64,000 nt of DNA, from the NCBI GenBank assembly GCA_951406725.2, contig OX597823.1, forward strand, positions 83,948,001-84,012,000, given 5' to 3'. The DNA is from Octopus vulgaris (lineage: Eukaryota). The notes under the pieces were generated by a model. It ran no database searches, was not told the origin of the DNA, and saw only the letters and a program-made list of their open reading frames with translations. Both the position numbers and the translations under genes were made by a program. Below are positions 54,195 through 64,000 of the stretch, piece by piece. The stretch's first letter is position 1. Every line of letters starts with the position of its first letter.

Positions 54195-54725
54195 ATTTTA
54201 TTTATTTGCCACCTGGGCGAAAGATGAGAGGAACAATACAAAGAGAGACATAAAGTATTTGGGTTTACATATAATGAAATGAGTGAAAAAAATATAAGTA
54301 TACTCAGTATACCTTGAAAAGGCGGGAATCGATACATATTATGCAAAGTCTAAAAATAAAAGTGGGGAGATAGAGATGTAGCTTCACAGGATGACCTCTG
54401 GGGATAATCGAGGAACCCCACTGTTTGAGATTTCCCTGAACAACAAGAGCAAGTGCCCTCACCAATTCATTCTCTCCGACTCACTGGTCTACACTTAGAG
54501 AGGTGCTATCCACTCTTGCCATTTTCGCAACTTTCACCCATCTTTCAATAAACTCACTCGAGGACAACACTTTTCTCTCCACTCTCAATTTCCTTTTTAT
54601 ATAAGACTTGAAGAAGTCAATGAGACCTCTGTCAAAGGGTAATGTATCTGTAATCATGCCTTTCAGCCTTGTCCACCAAACAACCCCTTTCCCCACAGCC
54701 ACCAAGCAAAGGAAAACTGGCTGGC
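54195..54725 (-). mobile_element. Tx1/L1-like LINE 3' end (ORF2 C-terminus + 3'UTR)
   Basis: ORF 54481-54705 (VGKGVVWWTRLKG...RVERKVLS..EFIERW) resembles the K..IW..R...F...W tail of Tx1/L1 ORF2; UTR ends ggcaaataaataaaa. Confidence 0.6.
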
Positions 54726-55200
54726 CTTAATAATTATAGTTTTTATTATAGGCACAAATCATATCGTTTTGGAATAGAGGATTGGTAGATTACATGAGTG
54801 GTAGTTGTTTCATCGACTCCGAATGGATGAAACGCAAAGTCGACCCCGGCATAATTTGAACTCAGTATATAGGCATTTTGTCCGGTGTGCTAACGATTGT
54901 CCCAGCTCACCAATAATGATAACAATAATAATTTCAATGCAAAAGTTTCCTCCTCTGTACTGTCGAAAGGTACTTTACATGGTATCGAGACAGACTTTCC
55001 TTCTCTTTAGTCTCTAGTTCTGCAAGAAATAACTCCCAAATGTTCCTTAAAATCACCAACTTCAATCGCAATGAGAAAAAGACAATTTAGAAAGTGTTTA
55101 TATATATATATATATATAAAACGGGAAGCTTTATGAAAATAGACAAAAGACGAAGGCAGGTGGAATACAAACAAACAATTGTATTAGTATGGCGCTCAGG

Positions 55201-55267
<67 letters not shown>

Positions 55268-55307
55268 CACATATATATACATATATATATACACACATAT
55301 ATATACA

Positions 55308-55347
<40 letters not shown>

Positions 55348-55801
55348 GACAGAATAGTCACGGTTAGAATGTCTTTTATCACAATTCTGTGTGCTCGGTC
55401 ACAGTTAACCCAGAGCTAATCAACATCAGCAACAGCAACAGCAACAACAACAACAACAACAGCAACAACAACAACAGAATCGTAGTAAATTGTTTTGTTT
55501 TTCGCACTCTAGTCGCGGTTAAAATGTCTTTCATCATTCAACCTCTCGGCCACGGTTGAGCTGGAACTAATTAACAACTACAGCGAATAACAGCATCAAC
55601 AACAAAACCAACGAAAGGATTATATTAATTTCTGTTTAGCTTTTGCACTCTACGTGACGTAACTGCAATTAAATGAATGTTATGAATAACTATGGAGTTA
55701 TAATCCTAAGGAATGTAATATTACTAGATTCAAACAAAGTACAAATCGTCGCCGAATAGGAATTCATTATAAAATACGACAAACGCAACAATTTAATAAC
55801 A

Positions 55802-55866
<65 letters not shown>

Positions 55867-56021
55867 CAGAAAATTGCACTACTAGGCACTGCACACATCA
55901 TACGCAGAACACTTTCCATACAATAACCATCAGAGCATCACAACAAATCACAGCACATACCTAAGGCACACAGAGCTGCGCTCGGTGGTGAAGTGAAAGC
56001 ACGCTATAAAAAATAAAACTA

Positions 56022-56024
<3 letters not shown>
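55867..56024 (+). mobile_element. 3' end of a third R4/Dong family
   Basis: QKIALLGTAHIIRRTLSIQ* then ~100-nt 3'UTR, embedded in long (TAA)n. Confidence 0.8.
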
Positions 56025-56089
<65 letters not shown>

Positions 56090-56097
56090 TGATGATG

Positions 56098-56128
<31 letters not shown>

Positions 56129-56139
56129 TGATGATGATG

Positions 56140-56213
<74 letters not shown>

Positions 56214-56304
56214 TGTTCCCAACGTCACTACAAAATGATGTTGATTTTGGGATGAAAATATAGTAAAATAAATCATAATTTTATTGGATTCTTTGTCGGT
56301 CATA

Positions 56305-57011
56305 TTTATTTCTTTATTGCCCACATGGGGCTAAATATAGAGGGGACAAACAGAGACAAAGGGATTAAGTCGATTACATCGACCCTAGTGCGTAACTGGT
56401 ACTTATTTAATCGTCTCCGAAACAATGATAGGCAAAGTCGACCTCGGCAGAATTTGAACTCAGAACGAAAGGGTAGACGAAATACCTGTTTCTTTACTAC
56501 CCACAAGGGGCTAAACACAGAGAGGACAAGCAAGGACAGACAAACGGATTAAGTCGATTACATCGACCCTAGTGCGTAACTGGTACTTATTTAATCGACC
56601 CCGAAAGGATGAAAGGCAAAGTCGACCTCGGCGGAATTTGAACTTAGAACGTCGCGGTAGACGAAATAACGCTAAACCTTTCTGCCGGCGTGCTAACGAT
56701 TCTGCCAGCTTGCCGCCTTTCTTTGCCGGTCATATTGACTCTGGAATGATGGAAAGCAAAGTTGATCTTGAAGAGATTTTGGACTGCATAATCATAATTG
56801 TTTCTACTATAGGCATAAAGCCTGAAATTTTGAGGGAGGAGGCAGGTCGATTACATCGAGCCAAGCGCTCAACTGATGCTTATTCTATCGACCTCGAAAG
56901 AATGGAAGGCAAAGTCGACCTCAGCTGAATTTTTAACTTGGAACATAAAGGCGGACGAAATGCCGCGAAGCATTTTGCCCGGCGTGCTAACGTTTCTGTC
57001 ATATCGTCGCC

Positions 57012-57012
<1 letters not shown>
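56305..57012 (-). mobile_element. SINE-A dimer plus a separate copy
   Basis: Junction at 56486|56487; further copy ~56800-57012. Confidence 0.88.
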
Positions 57013-57093
<81 letters not shown>

Positions 57094-57103
57094 TAATAAT
57101 AAC

Positions 57104-57162
<59 letters not shown>

Positions 57163-57165
57163 TAA

Positions 57166-57700
57166 AATGCCCTGGTGCAGTACCAGGCAGAGGCTCTCAT
57201 GGCTTCTCATCTCAACTAATCGGAAGTGTTATCATGTTTTGTCTTGGTATAAAATATGGGCTACAGTAAGTATTCTGCTCGATACCAGAAATTTGCTTGT
57301 CAGTTGTTTGACCATAACCAGTTGAACATGTCTCTTGGTGGCTGGCGATATGTGCATCCCTGACCATGAGCAGAAATAGTGTGGGAGCATCATAGCCGTG
57401 TGTTGAAATGAATTCTTTAGGATTTGGATACATGGATCTGGAAACATGGATGCGTTGTTCAAGATTCTTAAACAGCTCTTATTCAGGGATGGGTTACTCG
57501 ACCAGAAGAAAATTCTAACTAGGCCCCACCTGCAAGGTCATGCGCTGTTTATCTTTATATGAGATCACCATGACGCGCACATATGGTTGTGATGCATGTG
57601 CCTAGTGTAACCTTATCAGATGGGTAGTCATGATGGGTATACTGGGCTTTGTATATTTTACCCCAGTGTCACTTTGATGATATGCACTGCTCTCTCACTC
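57166..57700 (+). mobile_element. ~560-bp (TAA)n-associated element, copy with small deletions
   Basis: Reverse-complement homologue of 46210-46766 with the same two ends, (TAA)n on both sides. Confidence 0.85.
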
Positions 57701-57763
<63 letters not shown>

Positions 57764-57764
57764 T

Positions 57765-57945
57765 CTCGGCTATAGGGAATCGGCCTGAAATTTAGGGAGG
57801 GGGATAGTCGATTACATCGACCCTAGTGCATAACTGGTACTTATTTTATCGACCCCGAAAGGATGAAAGACAAAGTCGACCTCTGCGGAATTTGAACCCA
57901 GAATGTAAGGACGGACCAAATACCGCTAACCATTTTGCCTGATCG
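57765..57945 (-). mobile_element. SINE-A (alternative tail)
   Basis: Core motif on the minus strand. Confidence 0.8.
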
Positions 57946-57959
57946 CTTTATGGGAACTA

Positions 57960-58290
57960 GACTCTTTAACCTTGGCTGTCATCCCATCAGTGATAGTGTC
58001 TCGATAAAAATACCGGTAGTTGTGACCCTTCAATACCACAGCCCTTGTTATCCCAAATACGTTGATGAGAATGGACCCCCGAGTAAAGGTGTTTTACGTG
58101 GGAAGTGTCTCACCGTGCAGCAGACGGACCTGGTTGTGATCTAAATACAGTTGCAGCGATTAGGAGAAAATGTTCGCAAAATGACAATAGGAGTGTGATG
58201 GACCCAAAGAGGCTGAAGAATATTGGAATTCAGATTCGCATTGAACACCTGCAGAAAAGTGCAGCCCTGTATTCTGCAAGAATCCAAAGT
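57960..58290 (+). mobile_element. extreme deletion derivative of an R4-like RLE retrotransposon
   Basis: ORF 58105-58356 joins RRKCSQNDNRSVM (like N-terminal R.KW..N..M) to LKNIGIQIRIEHLQKSAALYSARI (like C-terminal LQK.ALLG.ARI). Confidence 0.5.
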
Positions 58291-58908
58291 GTAGTAGTGG
58301 AGAAAGAAAAAAAAGAAAATGAGACAAATAGGTGTACACAGTATACAAAGGTGTGATAAAGTCCCAAGAGTAGAGGACTACTGTATGGAAACAATCAAAG
58401 AGACCTACACATTGTAGGGCATTATGATTAGCAAGTGCAAGTACCCTTCTTTCTGTTGATCTTTCCGACCTACAAACGCATGGTGAGATTTGGTTCATTC
58501 GCTCAGGCTAAGTTCACAACTTGTAAATTTATTGGAGGGTAACACCTCTTTATCTTTGTTTCACTTTCCTGTTAAAGTGGGACTTGAAGAGAAAAATATC
58601 TGACTTAATTCGATTCCATTCAATCTCGTCCGCTATGTCACAGCAAATTTCGCCGTAGCCACTCGATAAAAAAGTCACATAAAGAACGGATGTTGGTGTC
58701 TGAAACGATTAGAACCATGTAACAGTGACCTAGTTGAACAACCCCGCAGAGTGCTAAGCCACAGTCGATAGCAACAGGTTTTGAAATTGGAACGTAAAGG
58801 GGCATAACAAACGAGATGAAGACATTTAATCCGGCTTAGTCTAGCAAGCTAGCATTACGTGTAGTGTTATAAATCACATCTACCAAAACCAAACGCATCA
58901 CCATACCA

Positions 58909-58947
58909 ACGAACACCATACCAACGAACACCATACCAACGAACACC
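58909..58947. repeat. 15-bp tandem repeat
   Basis: caccataccaacgaa repeated about three times. Confidence 0.85.
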
Positions 58948-60199
58948 TCTGCTTCAAACGTTTAGGGGTCTGTATGGAGCCAGTGAAGGTGCCGCAGGCG
59001 TATCGCTAAGTCTGCTTGAAATAGCAGTTAAATTGTCATCAAATGACAACCTATCGTCTTTAAAATGTCCACGTTAAATAATGTGACCTGGGTATCATGC
59101 GCTTTAGAGAAAGCGAGATGGTCATGGTTGGAATGGCTTTGGTGAAGATTAAGCTGAGTCTAGATGATAACAATAATAACAATAACGCTCTCAGAACCTA
59201 GAAAAAGCAGCCAAGGGTCCTCCATATTACACCTCGTTGTCCTCAAACAGAGGTTAGAGTAAGGGTCGTCCTGCATACTCCTAGATACTTCCGGTTAGGA
59301 TACCGAAGTCTGCTCGATCAGGTTTGACCGAACTTAAACACCACTACCACCACCATCACCACCATCACTCCCGCTATCACCACCATCATCACCGCAACCA
59401 CCACCAACACTATCACTACCACCACCACTACCACCACCACCACCACCACCACCACTACTACCACAAACAACCACCATCACCATCACCATCACCATCACCA
59501 CCATCACAACCACAACCACCATCATCATTAAAAAAACACCAACACAACCACGACTACCACCACAATCACCACTACCATAACCACCACCACCACCACCACC
59601 ACAAACAAAAACAACAACAACAAGAATGAATACACGAGGAAATCGAAGTACTGAGTGTACATGCTAAAAACAGCAGCCAAATTTCCCTTAGATATTAACG
59701 TCTTCAAGAACAAAAACAAAATATACCAAAAAAAATGGAAAGAAGAAATAAGACATTGTTTACTGTACTCTAAAACTTTAAGATATAATCATTTCTTATG
59801 GCGGTTTGGTCACGGATGGAACGTCCTCCATCATAACAATCCTACTTAACAATCTCGATTCCGCGGGAGTGAGGAACCAATCAACAATAAAAACAAACAT
59901 AAAATTAATTATATCATTAATTGCAATAAACAACCACATAAACTGTTACCATAGCACCGACGATGAAAATATATTTGAAAATATTACTTACCTTATATAT
60001 GAGTATATATATGTGGGTGTATATATATATATATATACACACGGTGTTCTATTCCTGATAGTCCAATGTCAGTTGTTGAAGAAATTAACCAAAGTGAAAG
60101 TTTACGTGTGTCTTAGTGAGTCTTACTATCCGGGTAAACAGCAAAATACTTTTCTTTAGTTAATTATATATGTATATATATGTACATATATATACATTC

Positions 60200-60234
<35 letters not shown>

Positions 60235-60447
60235 TATATATTTATATATATATATATATATATATCATATATCATATATGTATTATATATATATTTGTTT
60301 TCATTTGTTTTTTGTTCCTTTTGTTATGTTTGGTATTTGCAAGATATGTTATACATATATATATATATATATATATGCGCGTGCCTTTGTGTTTGTGTGA
60401 ATGTATGTATATATGTGTGTCTGTGAGTGTCTGAGTGCATGTATGTA

Positions 60448-60517
<70 letters not shown>

Positions 60518-60575
60518 AGTATAGGTGTCTCTGCAAACAGGGATAATAGAACTCAAAATATGAGTATATATATAT

Positions 60576-60669
60576 TTTTATTAATATTTAGCAGAAGTAA
60601 CAGAGTGACCCAAGGACCGAGAGTTTGGCCTTTGAGTCACTCTGTTACTTCTGCTCAATATCAATAAAA
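60576..60669. repeat. 94-nt near-perfect hairpin
   Basis: agcagaagtaacagagtgac / gtcactctgttacttctgct perfect 20-bp core, extended on both sides. Confidence 0.85.
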
Positions 60670-60776
60670 CTATGTGCCCACACACACACAAACACAAACA
60701 CATACTTATGAATATGTAGATGTGTGTATATGCATTTATATAAATGTATGAATATGTTTGTGTTTATGTATGCATG

Positions 60777-60810
<34 letters not shown>

Positions 60811-60974
60811 TGTATGTATGTATGTATGCATGTATGTATGTATGTATGTATGTATGTATGTATGTATGTATGTATGTGTATATAGCGTCCAACAGGGAAA
60901 CTCACTGGTTTTTAAAGTATATTCACTTAAAAACTATCAGGTTTCCTTCACGGACCCCAAACATATATACATAT

Positions 60975-61061
<87 letters not shown>

Positions 61062-61195
61062 AGTATATATGTATGTATATATATATACATATATACATAT
61101 ACTTAAACATATGTATGTATATATATATGTATATATGTATATATATATAAGTGGCTATTTCATATTCTTTTCTTCATATACATATATATATATAC

Positions 61196-61237
<42 letters not shown>

Positions 61238-61266
61238 TTCACAGCAATCTTCTTTCAAAATTAATT

Positions 61267-61521
61267 TTACAAAGTTGTCGTCGAAGGCTCGGGTGGTCTT
61301 CGAGCAATACGCTCCGGGTATTCGTGGTTCCAAAACGAAATATAGTAAACGGCTAGAATAAATGCCGGTAAAGACACGGAGCAAATGTAAGCAATGACAG
61401 TGGCCAGCCTTGTCATCGTTCGTTTTGTCTTGGCCGAAATCTTCTCTTCAAATTTCAAAGTTACAACAGTATCCGTAAAGTATTGCGAAGCTGCCGACAT
61501 GTCGTGTTCACGTTTCTCCAT
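61267..61521 (-). CDS. INAFM2: InaF-motif single-pass membrane microprotein (INAFM2 / Drosophila InaF-like), 84 aa
   Basis: MEKREHDMS...[43 protein letters not shown]... matches the InaF motif (human INAFM2 as recalled: [35 protein letters not shown]). Non-repetitive, GC-richer island; ATG at 61521-61519, TAA at 61269-61267; candidate splice acceptor ttcattcag| just upstream (exon start 61608). Symbol denotes family, not proven orthology. Confidence 0.88.
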   Translation of the reverse strand: MEKREHDMSAASQYFTDTVVTLKFEEKISAKTKRTMTRLATVIAYICSVSLPAFILAVYYISFWNHEYPERIARRPPEPSTTTL

Positions 61522-61817
61522 GCGTTTGTTCCGTGTTGCTGCCGTTGTGTAGGATTTCGTTTTAAATGGTGCCGTTTTGGTGATTTTTTTTACGGGTGAA
61601 AGCGGTTTCTGAATGAATGAATCAAGGCAATGGTAGTGGTGGTGGTGGTGGTGGTGGTTTGAGGGTAATGTGCAAGGGAGGGGGAAGAAACTAGTAAGCG
61701 AGCGGAAGAAGAGAAAAAAAGAAAGAAAAAAAAGCAAAACCCTTAACGAGGAACTGGGGAAGGTGAGAGGAAGGAGCCAAACAGCATATACTAAATTATA
61801 AATGTACTTTATTAATA

Positions 61818-61861
<44 letters not shown>

Positions 61862-61894
61862 ATTATAATTATTATTATTATTATTATTATTATT

Positions 61895-61960
<66 letters not shown>

Positions 61961-63143
61961 AAGGATGAACGATGTGTGTGATGTTTCTATGAAATTTATA
62001 ATCCTTGTGTCAATGTTTACAAAATATTTTAGTGCCCTTTACGTTCCGAATTCAAATCTTGCTGGGGTCTGCTGTAAGGGTTTGGACTTAGAGGGAGCTT
62101 GAATAAGTTTCAAGCAATTACAGGGGTCGTCATAAGAGACTGTATAACTGCCCCTAAAATTTGGTGTCTTATATCTAAGTTGGAATTCTTTTATTTTCTC
62201 TCTCTAGATTTTTAAAAAATTATTGATGTAAAGAAGACACTATGACAAAAACTTGGAGCGAGGGAATATATATATATATATGTATGTATGTGTATGTGTG
62301 TACGTGGGTGTGTGTATAGATGTATTTATGCGTATGTGTATAATAAGTGTGTATGTATGTGTGTATGTATATATATATATATTTGTAAATATGTAAAAAT
62401 GTGTATATGTATGTATGTACGTTTATATGTATGTACGGATGTACATAGATATATGTTTATATATATAAATGTATGTACATATGTATATATATGTGTGTAG
62501 AAATGTATGTATGTACTTACGTAAATATGTATGTAAACAACAACGCTAACGCAAACCAACTATGCCGCTATGTGGTTAATCAACTTGTTAGAAAGAGCAG
62601 CCAAATTTCTGTAATTCGTAACACTCTAGTGGTTTTTGTTCTGCTTTTTACAAGGAAAAACACATTAGTTGATGCAGTTCTATACACTCCTAAAATGGTA
62701 TGAGAATAGTTGGCCACGATAGGAACGGTTTTGATCACAGATCTGCTCGATCAGAGCTATTGCGCTGGTGTAAACAACAGCAACAATAAGATGTAAGAAA
62801 CGAAAAAATAAAAACAAAATGAAAGAACAATGTTTTTGTTTTGGGGAGAGTTATCTTTTTTTTATATATAAATTCTGATGATAAGGAAAGAAAGAGTGAA
62901 AAAAATGAAAGGAACAAATAAATGAATGAATGAAGAAAGGAAAGGAGGGAGAAAAGATTGGGAAAGAACGATGAAAGATAGATAATTAAACGCAACAATC
63001 GGAATAAAAGACGAAGAAACGAAGACGAAATTAATAGATGGGAAAGTGAAAGTAGACGGAAACAGCGTAATTTTGTAAATATACTTGCGTGCGTGTGTGA
63101 GTGTGTATACACTCATGAACAATTCGTGTACATTATATATATA

Positions 63144-63174
<31 letters not shown>

Positions 63175-63235
63175 TAGGTAGGTATGTTGGTTGGTAGATA
63201 GATAGATAGATAGATAGATAGACAGATAGATAGAC

Positions 63236-63311
<76 letters not shown>

Positions 63312-63595
63312 TGACTGACAGACTGATGGATAGATAGATAAGTAGATAGACAGAAAAGGTGATAGGTAGGTATGGAGATATGTAGGTGGGGAGAAGGAGA
63401 AAGGTAAACAGACCGACACACAGACAGACCGATAGACAGGTAGACAGACAGGTAGATCGATCGAACGATAGATAAATAGATAGATAGGTAGGTATGTAGG
63501 TAGGTAGGTAGGTAGGTAGGTAGGTAGGTAGGTAGGTAGGTAGGCACGTAGGTAAACAGACAGACTGACAGGCAGACAGAATGACAAATAGAGAG

Positions 63596-63630
<35 letters not shown>

Positions 63631-63692
63631 ACACACAGTCAGTCAGGCAGGCAGACAGATAGACAGACAAACAGACAAATAGATAGATAGAC

Positions 63693-63773
<81 letters not shown>

Positions 63774-64000
63774 CTGAAAGAAGTATTGATTAGATATGGA
63801 AAGTTTCGTGTGGTTAAAAAAATCCAGTTGGTTCCCTTATTTTGATTGTTTGTTCTGAGTGGTGGAATCGGACCATAAAATATTATGTTTGGTTCGAATC
63901 TTAAACAATACAACAACGATTTGTAAGGTGCAATAAGGACAAAGCGCCAACACGCGTTGCTCACTGGAACCGTGGCAACCAGTTGAATGCTATTTTGGTG

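Noticed and set aside
57166-57190. gcagtacc similarity to U2 snRNA loop IV
   Set aside because: Only 8 nt, with no other U2 features.
59324-59629. His-rich ORF
   Set aside because: (CAC/CAT)n microsatellite.
61522-61737. N-terminal extension of the InaF ORF (156-aa call)
   Set aside because: Starts at a non-ATG codon and runs through a polypyrimidine tract, a (CAC)n repeat and a splice acceptor; likely intron and 5'UTR.

Overview
AT-rich, microsatellite-saturated eukaryotic DNA; the SINE repertoire and repeat style point to a coleoid cephalopod, probably Octopus (inference). Nearly all ORFs in the track are microsatellite artefacts. One convincing host CDS is present: an 84-aa single-pass InaF-motif (INAFM2/inaF-like) microprotein on the minus strand at 61267-61521, possibly followed by several short, apparently untranslated minus-strand exons. 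The rest is mobile DNA: R4/Dong-type (RLE) retrotransposon pieces of several families stacked in (TAA)n tracts together with a ~560-bp non-coding (TAA)n-associated element; many Penelope-like (PLE) remnants, two of which are compact fold-back units carrying apparently intact hammerhead ribozymes; RTE and Tx1/L1-like LINE fragments; a DD36E Tc1-family transposase relic; Tigger, mariner and hAT MITEs; and at least four tRNA-derived SINE families, one of which forms head-to-tail arrays with an identical junction nucleotide at five sites. A duplicated 95-bp-arm hairpin, one copy sitting inside a MITE, and pre-miRNA-sized hairpins downstream of the InaF ORF are also notable. All calls are by eye; no folding or database searches were run.
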